Assembly: GCF_006345805.1 (NCBI RefSeq) | Contig: NC_043012.1 | Coordinates: 18,724,001 to 18,788,000 of the forward strand | Length of the DNA stretch: 64,000 bases | DNA from: Octopus sinensis | Lineage: Eukaryota | Direction: 5' to 3' | Shown: positions 53,347-64,000 of the stretch, in pieces | How positions within the stretch are numbered: the stretch's first letter is position 1 | How the letters are laid out: each line of letters starts with the position of its first letter | The notes under the pieces: generated by a model | The model's database searches: none | What the model was told of the DNA's origin: nothing | Seen by the model: the letters and a program-made list of their open reading frames with translations, nothing else | Program-made: the position numbers and the translations under genes

Positions 53347-53466
53347 AGACCTCTCCGAGAGTCTAACCGTAAGAGCATCACGGCAAACCACAGCATATAC
53401 CCAAGGCATACAGAGCTGCACTCGGTTGTGAAGTGAAAGCACGTTATAAAAATAAAACTACTGAAT
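53347..53466 (+). mobile_element. R4/Dong-type 3'-UTR-only copy
   Basis: agagcatcac..caaa.cacagca.atacccaaggca.acagagctg..ctcggt.gtgaagtgaaagcacg.tataaaaataaaactactgaat matches 54125-54220. Confidence 0.9.
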
Positions 53467-53598
<132 letters not shown>

Positions 53599-54120
53599 AG
53601 CTGCCCAGTCTTGGCTAAGAAGGAATATATTCACAGACGTGACAGAGTTGGAACCTACATACATTGGAAGCTATGCCAACATTATGGAATAACAACAGAA
53701 AAAAGATGGTATAGGCACACACCAGAAAAGGTCACAGAAAACGAGAAAGCAGCCATACTCTGGGATATTCCGATACACACAGATAGAGAAATTAAAGCCA
53801 ACAGACCAGATATAGTTGTCAGAGATCATGAAGAAAAAAAATGCTTTCTAATTGATGTATCAATACCGGCTGATGACAACGTGTCTCTAAAAGAAATGGA
53901 GAAACTCTCAAAATACAAAGACCTGGAAATAGAGGTAACTAGAATGTGGAATCTGAAAACAGAAACAATTCCTATCATAGTAGGTGCATTAGGCATGATA
54001 AAAAAATATTCAGACAAATACATAACAAAAACACCAGGACTTACAAACACATATAACATACAGAAAATTGCACTACTAGGCACTGCACACATCCTACGCA
54101 GAACACTTTCCATACAATAA
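53599..54120 (+). CDS. C-terminal part of R4/Dong ORF: end of CCHC knuckle plus PD-(D/E)xK restriction-like endonuclease (no real start codon)
   Basis: SCPVLAKKEY...HWKLC...LWDIPIHTDREIKANRPDIVV...LIDVSIP...EKLSKYKDL...IPIIVGALG...IQKIALLGTAHILRR. Confidence 0.88.
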   Translation, partial: SCPVLAKKEYIHRRDRVGTYIHWKLCQHYGITTEKRWYRHTPEKVTENEKAAILWDIPIHTDREIKANRPDIVVRDHEEKKCFLIDVSIPADDNVSLKEMEKLSKYKDLEIEVTRMWNLKTETIPIIVGALGMIKKYSDKYITKTPGLTNTYNIQKIALLGTAHILRRTLSIQ

Positions 54121-54214
54121 CCATCAGAGCATCACAACAAATCACAGCACATACCCAAGGCACACAGAGCTGTGCTCGGTAGTGAAGTGAAAGCACGCTA
54201 TAAAAATAAAACTA

Positions 54215-54218
<4 letters not shown>
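53599..54218 (+). mobile_element. 5'-truncated R4/Dong-type retrotransposon (youngest copy) inserted in (TAA)n
   Basis: Uninterrupted C-terminal ORF plus about 100-bp 3' UTR; (TAA)n on both sides. Confidence 0.93.
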
Positions 54219-54296
<78 letters not shown>

Positions 54297-54350
54297 TAAT
54301 AACAACAACAACTACAACGACGACGACGACGACGAGGGTGATGATGATAA
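54218..54350 (+). repeat. (TAA)n tail grading into (AAC)n, (GAC)n, (GAT)n
   Basis: Directly visible. Confidence 0.95.
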
Positions 54351-55229
54351 AAATGTTTTTTGATCTGGTAGAAGGCCTAAAATTTTGAAAATAGTTGCAG
54401 TCAACTCTATAGCTTGATTGGCGCTTTATTTTATAGAAGCTTGGAGAATGAGATGGTTTCCAGTGATATCTGAATGGAATGAATTATAAAAAATCTCACA
54501 GAGTACTTTTCAAACAAAATCATAAAAGTTTAGCAGCATGAATATGCATGATGTTAAGAATAGTTAACTTTAGATGTACAAAAATATGTGCATGCTGGAA
54601 TAATACAAAGTGATAAAAGGAAATTATAGAACAGAAGGAAATCGTTTGGGAGATAAATTAAATTGTAAATACAATGTACGGGCCTGAGATGTTTACAGGC
54701 CTTCGCTTTGTAGGCAGTGTCACAAATACTGTCTGCAAAAGTAATCCCTATACATGCAAGGATGACTTAAATTATTTAAACTGAAGGACGGAGAGTTAGC
54801 TCCCAATGCACAGATGCATCCATTTGCAGTCGATTGTAGAATGTTTGTAGTATAAAACAACACATGAAACCGATTGAAGTTAGTTGAAGAAGGAGCAGAA
54901 GAAAAGAGAAACAAGTCCAGTTTTCTCTTTAGATATAAAAGGGTTTTCCTGAAGGGAATATTAACTCAAAGGATATTTAAAGATTACACGCAGTATTAAA
55001 AAACAAACAAGTTAGTGTAGAAAAAACAATAAAATGTTAAAGGAAAGATCTTTCATTTATTTTCATGACAAAGATAGGTGTTTTGCAAAAAGCTATTGAA
55101 GACAAAGGCCGATGGAATGATGTGAAAAACAAGGGATAAATCCCTATAGTTAGATTGAACCAAGATAAGGATAAATCATAAACGATGTTCACCCAAAGGT
55201 AGATTATTCGGCGATCAAAAATTAATATG

Positions 55230-56665
55230 GTTATATTGTAAGAGAAGGCATACAGCAAAAATCAAATGCATGGAGCTGAGTGGATTTCTGAAATAGTTAA
55301 GTGGAAATTTTGCAGATAATACGTTGAAATGAGGTAGTTTGTTACACAGTTCAAGTTAGACACAAACACATGAAATCTTTCGTTGCCTTCGTTGATGAGA
55401 AGATGAAAATATGTCTTGTAATACGGATCGGCATGAAATTTAATGACTCATTCAAGAAAATGTTAAATTATATACCAAGCAGAATTATGGAATACGGAAC
55501 CCAGGCATAAAAAATTTGATGCAGCTAACCTCCTGTGAAACCTAAGGAATTATGACGATGAATTTGAATGTGCATCTTCAAAATTTAGTTTTTAACATAG
55601 GAGCGGGTCCCGTGCATAATGTTTGTATAATTCGCTTACCAAGCATCATCCAGGTACAAATATGAATTCCAGAAAGGGACTCTTGCAACAGAGAGGATGA
55701 AATTGACTCTCGTAAGCGACAAATGGTTTAAATCTGGTAAGAATCATTAGCAAACTATTTGCAGCATGTCGCGGAGGATTACTAAACGCATACGTCAATG
55801 GTGATACTGCGAAACTATGTGCCAAAGATTATAATGTGAAGAACGAAGAGAGGAAGGTATCGCTAGCCAATGATGCCACCCAAAAAATCGAAAGTGTAGG
55901 AGAATTCAGAGACAAACAAGGGCAAAAATGAAACTACATAACTATTCCATGCAACAAATCAAGAATGTTGGAAGTAAAGATTGCTGGCTCTGGCTGACAG
56001 CCAGAAGAATTAAACAAAAGGCAGAGAGGCTAATTATAGCATCTGAACACAAATCTGATAAGGCAAAGATTGACAATATTCAGTCAGTCAACAAATATAG
56101 ACCCCGCAGGAAAGGAGACGAAAATATCAATCAGTTTCATTGAATGCCGTACATTAGCAGAAAAGGAAAATAAGCATGAGTGTAGACAAAGTGAGTGCAT
56201 CGGGATGGTAGCCGTGTGTATGGCTTCAAAACAACAAAAAAGGGGTATGTACACAAACCGGAGGCTGCGATAGAAAATGAAAAGTAAAAAGCTTGTGGGA
56301 CTTCTTCTTAAAGACTGGGAATACGGTTGAGGCAAGAAGAACGTATACGATCATAGAAGAGAAAATGAATAGTGTAGATGATAGATTTTGCAATTCCCAA
56401 AGATTTTACAGTCGATACAGAAGAAACTGAAAAAAATTGAGAAATATTAGGATCTCATCAGAGGGATGAGGGGACTGCGGAACACCAAGACAACAATTAT
56501 TCATCAGGTAACCGGTGTGGTTAGTACGACACCCAAAGTGACACCAATTTCAATATTGAAAGAGACTGGAATTGAAACTCCCATTGGCGGTACGATGCTG
56601 TCACAAAACCTCAAAGAGCATCATTGTTAACTAATAAATTGTGAAACAGAATAACAACAACAACA
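55230..56665 (+). mobile_element. Heavily decayed R4/Dong-type element (RT remnant to RLE), (AAC)n tail; may extend upstream to about 54600
   Basis: Scattered motifs KAYS...H..WI, KDCWLWLT...AERLIIA, ECRTLAEKE, LWDFFLKT, IDFAIP, EKIEKY.DL across frameshifts. Confidence 0.65.
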
Positions 56666-57164
56666 ACGGTGTTGTGAATGTTCATGTTGTAAGGAAAAAA
56701 AACATGTTTTTGGCAAGATAAACAAGGTAAACAGGCACTAGAAGACAAATGAATACTATAAACCATTTAGCATGAAAATAAAACGCGAAACTTTCAGCGA
56801 CTTGTAAGTCTAACTTTAAAAAAAAATATCCGCATGGATGGTTCAATCTATCAACAAATATTATAAGTAATAAAAACACTAATTTATTAAAATAATGCTT
56901 CGTAAATCTATGGCAGATTTCCTTTCATGCAATACCAGATTATTCAGTCATGTCAAAAGCAAATTCGTTCCGTTCATTCTTGTCAGAATCTTGCAGACGC
57001 ACAGTTAGTATACGCTCGTTTAACAATGACAATATTACCAGACTCTTTCACAGATTTTGCTTTTATAATGATGATAAAAATCAAGATCGGCATTAATTAT
57101 CTTATTAAGAAAACGAGAACACCCACAGCAAAATAGCTAAAATAACACCAGCTAAAACAGCAGT

Positions 57165-57247
<83 letters not shown>

Positions 57248-57262
57248 CAATAATAATAGTGG
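57165..57262 (+). repeat. (TAA)n microsatellite
   Basis: Directly visible. Confidence 0.97.
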
Positions 57263-58049
57263 TGGCGATGCGCAGTTCTTTTGCCATTCTAGAGAAGATA
57301 ATGAAACAGTCAAAAACAAAGGAAGAAATAGAGAGAAAGATTAAATGTAAGCAGAGTGAGTTGATAGAAAATTCTATTTCCATAGAAACCTAATACGTAA
57401 CCATGAGATATAGTAGAACGTCGCGTGTATATTTGTTATAGTAAAATAATAATTTCCTTAGGAAGCCTTCGGTTCATGACATGTCCATCTTAATATGCCA
57501 CATCTGAATAAACATAATGACTAAATGTGCAATGAATGCCTTGTAATTATCGATTGAATTTTTCCGGACATTTTATGAATAACACTCAGTATGAGATACC
57601 GTCACGTGATAGTCATATGTTGCATTATCTATTCCAAAGTCACAAATAATACGGTGTAGAAAATGGTGAAGACTTGCTGATAGTCAGATCTCACTTCATT
57701 ATGTTCAATTAAGAAAGAGGGAATGGGACCTGCAGTAAACTTACAATATAGATAAGAATGTATTAGGAAATGTTTAATGAAGATTTTAATGTATGTCACG
57801 GGAAAATTTGTTCAATTCTTTAATGTGTGTATGTATGTATGTATATATATACACGCATTAGAGTGTGTGTATGCGCGTGTGCGTACGTGTGTATGTGTGT
57901 TTATTTGCATTTGCGTGTTTGTGTATGCATGTATAGCGCTAGCATTATGCAATTATACATCAACGTAAATCAATATTATATATACAAATATTTATATATA
58001 TCTATATATATGTGTATATATAGAGCTATGTATACAGGTGGGTACATAC

Positions 58050-58108
<59 letters not shown>

Positions 58109-59384
58109 CATGCATATATTTATATACAAATATCACGTCACCCAAGTACACATGCATTTACAAACATTCAGGTATATGCATATATATCTTTCTATATATT
58201 TCAATCTGACTATAAATATTTCTCTATACACACCTACACAAACACACACACACATAACAAAAATACTTCGGATTATGAAAATCACATCTTTAAGTTTAGA
58301 AAGCCGACAATTGTCAGCACATTTAGAAATAAGTAATATCATTGAAATTTATACATCTTAAAATGTTTTCAAGGTGATCCTAAATTCTTTTCTTCTCACT
58401 ATATATACACATCAACCCATATGTATATATGCTAATATAATCATATGTATATGTATATGTGATGATGTGCGCTGTATAGGCTAATTTTGCATTAATCCTT
58501 CAAGAGTCGAACATGAGAAATGCGTTCGTCAACTTTCTACATACATTACAGTTTCAACGAGAATCAGTCAGGCAAATTATGCAAATATACACTCATCCAC
58601 CCGTAGTTAGATGCCCTCTTAAACAATGAAACAAACACAATTCCACAGCATACATTCACTGAGAAACACAGAGACACACGAACACTGAGAAGCTCACGCA
58701 CGCAAACACATATACTACCTTACTCACACATGCATAGGAATTTAGAGAAACAAAAAGATTAATATGCTTCAACATATAGCCACATCTTCCCGTACAGAAT
58801 AGGGTTTCATTAGAAGGTGTAATCTAATAATAAGTACTGCATATTTTCAAATTGATGTTATCTGCATATTGTGGTGTTTCTTCCTTCAGTATTTTGTCAT
58901 ACGATCCCGAAATAATCCGAAATATTAGGAACAGAAGAAAAAAACCTGGCACAGCAAGGTATCCATTTGTTCAGAGTAAAACGTGAATCATACCTGCAAT
59001 TAGAAAGAAAAAAAACAGGTATTAATATATTTAGAAAGATATTAATTAAATTTAGACAGCTTTCTTTTTGTATTGAAAGTAAACGTGTATATGACATCAA
59101 CTGCAGAAGTAAAATGATAGAGTTATGTGTGTGTTTGTTTGTGTACATGTACACATATGCATAAGTATATATGCACATTCATATGTATGCATACAAAAGC
59201 TAAGATAAATTTTATATATTCATATATGTCTATGTGCATGTGAGCTGTGTGCGTATGTGTATGTGTTTTGCGTCAGTGCGTGTTTGACTTGCTTCTTGTT
59301 AGGATTAGCAAGAAGTAGTCCATCTTCAAGTGTGATAACCGACAGAGAAGTAATATTTCGAATATGTGCGATAGAAACAAATGA

Positions 59385-60140
59385 TCGGTTAATATCTTCC
59401 GGAAAAACATTGACACTCTCAAGATTTCAGAGAAACGCAGGACCTCAATGCAGAGGAGTCTTCGTTATGGCTGAAGAATGGAGACCTTGAGAAAGAAACG
59501 AGAAGACTCATAATGGCTGCTCGAAGCCAGTCATTGCGAACGAATATTATCAAGACGAAAATAAAGAAATCCACCGTAAGTACAAATTGCAGAGCAGTTA
59601 ATGAGGAAGTAGACTATGTTATGCATACATTAACTTCCTGTAGTTCTTTGGCACAGAAGGAGTATGGATGAAGACACTACTATGTGGCCAAGGCACTGGC
59701 CAAGGACTAGTTCGAGAAAGATAATTTAAAGAAGTAACAAAATGGTATCAGTATCAACCAGAAAGTGTTGTAGATAATAACAATCATTAAGTCTTATAGA
59801 ACTTTAATATACAGTGATCACGATCTTCATGTAAGACAACCGGATATTATCGATTTGGACAAGAAGGGAAAATGAATATGTCATCATAGATGTGGTTGTA
59901 TATGCTGTCATGGACGTAACAAAGTACTGTAGAAAATAAGAAAATACCAGGATTTAGCTAGGGAAATACGAGCACAGTTGAGGGTTTCTAAAACAAAAAA
60001 GTTATACCAGTCATGATAGGTTTCCTACTCAATATTTACCTTATTTGAATTGCTGTAACTACGAGAGTTCCAATTGACAAATCTGCTCTAGCGGGAAAAT
60101 GCACCGGTTTGTAAGAAAAGGTCGTCGATGTTTAAGGAAA
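59385..60140 (+). mobile_element. Decayed R4/Dong-type fragment (CCHC plus RLE)
   Basis: SLWLKNGDLEKET..LIMAA.SQSLRTNIIK...CR...SCSSLAQKEY...KWYQYQPESV...RQPDII...IIDVVV...KYQDLAREIR...VIPVMIG. Confidence 0.82.
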
Positions 60141-61554
60141 AAAGTTGTGACCTGATATTGATTTTGAATATAGAACAATCGTGCACACTATGAGTAGTAT
60201 TATTATTAGTAGTAGTAGTAGCAGCAGTGTTTTGGTAGTCGCCTATTTTGCGATTGTACTTCTACTACAAAAATGGATGCAGCTCTGCTTCAAGTAGTTG
60301 CTGCGTTCTGTTGTATATTGTATTTTCGTATTTGTCTGCTATTGTGTATTCTTTACATACGTGCAAACTATATTATCGCAAATATTAGTTGTTGTGTGTA
60401 TGTGTGTGTATGTCCTGGGTATTTTTGTTATTTATTTATCTGAAACCTTTTTATCATTCCCAAAGCATGTGTCATTATAGTAATTGTTTCTGTGTTAAAT
60501 CCCAAGTTCCTGCATATCTCAATTTCCATATCTTTGTATGTTGCTATTTTCTACGTCTGTTTTTCCGATATTTTGCAATCAGTTGGGACAGATACTTCCA
60601 CCCGCATCGTTTCCCGGTTGTTGTTGATAACAGTATCGTAGACGTCGAAAATACCAAGATGTCATTGTCATTGTGGTGATGGTGTGTGTGGAACATTATG
60701 TTTTGAGAGAACAGAAATTTGTTGGTAAGTCACTTCTACAGTGTTTGTATGTGTGTGCGTGGAGGGGCGAGAGTAGTTGTTTTCTTTTAGTTTTATCGCC
60801 TTATTGCTATGTGCAATGTCTGCTTTCAGAGATTAGAAATTTTAAATAGTAACTACTTTTTGTATGTGTTGTCTTAGTGTTTATGATTATGTGAGGTTTG
60901 CGCAGAAATTGTTCTGTTATGATATTTGGTGAGCATACGAGTTATATAAGATTATAATATAGAATCGGATGCGTTCTGCATTAGTCTAACGAATGCATGC
61001 CAATGTTTAGTCTTGTGACATGGCTACAACTACCATATAGTGGAATTTATTTATATTGAACGCACCCCAATGTATTGCAGGAATTTTGGTCATGTTTCGT
61101 ATTGAGATTGGATTCACAACATTAATCACGCTGACCCTACACAAAATTCATCGGGCAACACTTCTTCCATTGTAAATAACATAAAATTGTGTTCCCAGAA
61201 TTGTAAAAATTGCTGGGCGAAGATAATGTCGTGCATGTAGATTATTTTGTATAGAAAATATACTGCGCCCGATGTAGACGGCAATGCAATGTTTGTACTT
61301 ATATACAAAACGCAAAAGAAGACAATATAAAATAATTACATGAAAACAGTATCAATATTCATTGAATTTCTCACAGCTTTTAAATATTTTCAACGGAGGT
61401 CATAATAAGTCATATCAAAGCGAAATATGAAAAGATAGCGCAGTCTGAAATTCAATACAAATGATATATAGATATATATAAATAAATATATATAAATTTT
61501 CAGAATGCGATAAAAATCCAAGGCTGTGAAAGATTTTAGAACATTTATACCTAG

Positions 61555-61602
61555 GTCTTACAGCTGTTTCCGGGATATTTTCTATATCCCTTCATCGGGG
61601 AC
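61555..61602 (-). ncRNA. Type I hammerhead-like motif with two apparent T>C changes
   Basis: Minus strand gtcc-CCGATGA-a-gggatat-agaaa-atatccc-g-GAAA-cagctg-ta-agac: 7-bp stem II, perfect ACAGCUGU palindrome, GUA triplet. Confidence 0.62.
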
Positions 61603-63336
61603 GGTGTGAGAAAATTGTGGAATGACCAATTTTAAATACTATTGGAACTTACTCACAACGTACTGGAATCTTATATCTATACCATTGTACCTAAATAATG
61701 GATCTCCAGATGCAATATCCCTGAATATCTCACGTCTATTTTCATTCCTCCACTTCACTCTCTATTTCAAATCTTATCTAGAATAACTATTGCCTAACCA
61801 TCACAGAAAATTGCACGTAAAGCATATAGGTGGCGAAGATTTAGAATTGAATGAAGAATTATCCAAAACGTTATAATTTTACATTACACAATATTCTAAG
61901 TACATTTTGTTGTACTTCATTGGCATTACATACCCTATTTAGTTTTGGTTACATTGCTTTTTTTTTATTTCGACATTGGATATATATTTTATCTTATATA
62001 ATTTATATCTTCTGGTGGACGATTTGAAACGTTTGTTTATGGAAGTCTTAAATCATAATTCTAACACTTGATCACAATTTTCTGTGAACAACAAATTCGA
62101 CTAAATCACTTACAGGCAACACAATATCACTTCATTATATTTGATCTTTTGACACATTAACTGAACATTAAAACAAAAGTTTGTTAGTTGATTTGACATA
62201 GACATAGAGAAGAAGGCACAGATAAGAGCATGCAAACGCAAACACAGGCACAGATTTATAAAGTGGCACACAAACATACATGTATTGTATGCATGTTGGA
62301 ATTTCTCCCTGTATATATCTAACTATATAGATATTACATACATATAAGAGGGATGACTTGTTATATGTATGTAATACTATTTTTCTGAATCTTCAGTCTT
62401 TTCTATATGCTAGACCATTGGTTTAAATTATTATTAACCAAATGAATATTCAAATTTTTACCCTTATTATTTTAAATATCTATAGAGATAGATAGATTCA
62501 TATATGCCTTCACATTTATGCATACATATCTGTAGCGAGATTTGTCATCTCCATAGTCATCCGTTTGTACTAGTCTAGTATTATTCATTTTATAATGATT
62601 TAGCTTTAGACACCTGCTGTTCTGACAACACTATCTCGTATTAATATACCAGCTTTTAGCATCCAAACAACGCATTTACCGTTATTCCACTTTTATTCCA
62701 CAAAGCAAATTTTAACTTGCTTTATAATTACCAAAGAAGTATCAACGTGTAGGAGTTAGCTTAATATGACCAGCTGCAGCTTAGAAGCTAGATCTTGCAA
62801 ACTGCACCAATGAATAGGAGTATGGATATGGCATTTAGATATTTTGCGCTTTCACATTAAAATGCATCAATACAAACCAAGCAGAATTATTTACAATTCC
62901 AATGTCTAATGATGCCCGATCGAATATCAAACGTTAACAATGACATTAGTGCATTACATAATAGGATTAGAATTTCTCTCTGAAACAAATATGCACTTAT
63001 TACAACAAAATACATTTATTGGTAAAACGACACCAACCACATCACCAGACCTTCTGTAGCCTAATACACTATACATGTCATTCGCGTTTACATGTGCGTA
63101 TAAATCTTTGCACCAATATAATACTTATAAACCGCCATATTGTTCATGCGCTAATGTATATACTATTTCTCTCCTACTGTAGACGAACATTAATATTCTA
63201 TGACTTAAAATTTTGCACAATGTAGATGAGGTTATATACGTGTGTTTTAATCTATGTACCTCAATATATATTAATCTATCAATATATACATCCTTATACT
63301 ACCTGCTTGACATATCTTTCAGTCTCTCTTTCTCTG

Positions 63337-63397
<61 letters not shown>

Positions 63398-63675
63398 ATG
63401 TATCATATGCATGCACACACATAGATAAAGCAAATCCGATGTCTTCCCATACGCTTAGGTAAATTTAATTGTGAATGCGTCCATAAACGCAATCGTAAAA
63501 TAATATCATATTCTCTTCTGATTGTTTTGAAAGCAAAATCCAATCTTTCTAAATTAGGTATGATATCAGATAAAAGAAAATGGGGAATAACGATTTAATG
63601 AAATAAAAAAGAAATATATGAAATAAATATAACAACAACACATTTCAATTAGACAACAAAATTAGAATACAAGCT

Positions 63676-63987
63676 TTGATTTCGCATGACTACCATTTCC
63701 TATATAACGTCAGCAAACGCAACAGCATCATTGTCAGGAACTGCACTGACTATAACCATAACAACAGCAGCAACAGTCAAGAACACAACAACTGCAATAA
63801 GAGGAGTGTTAGCAAGAATACCGTGAAACTTTATACTGAGACAATAGAATACATGCTAAAGAACAAAGGGAAATTGAAATGGAATATCGACTTCTCCAGG
63901 CTATTTTTCAAATTGAATCAAAACCTGAAAGATTCACAGCGCGATGGAGCGATGGAATCTAGTTTATTCCGCCCTCGTCTTCAATAG
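63676..63987 (+). CDS. Unrecognised 103-aa ORF, possibly spurious
   Basis: Open frame in A-rich, partly low-complexity sequence; TTG start, no motif and no clear splice signals. Confidence 0.1.
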   Translation: MISHDYHFLYNVSKRNSIIVRNCTDYNHNNSSNSQEHNNCNKRSVSKNTVKLYTETIEYMLKNKGKLKWNIDFSRLFFKLNQNLKDSQRDGAMESSLFRPRLQ

Positions 63988-64000
63988 TTCCTCAAGAATT

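Overview
AT-rich, microsatellite-saturated eukaryotic non-coding DNA. The SINE families and the (TA)n/(TACA)n/(TATC)n/(TAA)n landscape look cephalopod (Octopus-like); this is an inference, not a database match. I found no host protein-coding gene I can support, and almost all ORFs in the supplied track are microsatellite artefacts. The window is a transposon graveyard containing: a Penelope-like (PLE) remnant with GIY-YIG motifs (1-635, -); a CR1-group LINE RT fragment (6130-6795, +); about 14 tRNA-derived SINE copies or fragments from at least four families; non-autonomous Helitron-type elements, one complete with A|TC...CTAG|T ends; and a same-strand series of R4/Dong-type restriction-like-endonuclease (RLE) retrotransposon pieces from 41 to 60 kb, including copies stacked in each other's (TAA)n tails and one interrupted by a SINE with a 7-bp TSD. 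The most interesting signal is five type I hammerhead-ribozyme-like motifs (7138, 14391, 21381, 42501, 61555), four of them beside (TA)n tracts, with short self-complementary stem III as in PLE hammerheads. The 7138-7229 copy has a perfect catalytic core and an unusually long stem II. A few candidate exons and a possible promoter/first exon are reported at low confidence.
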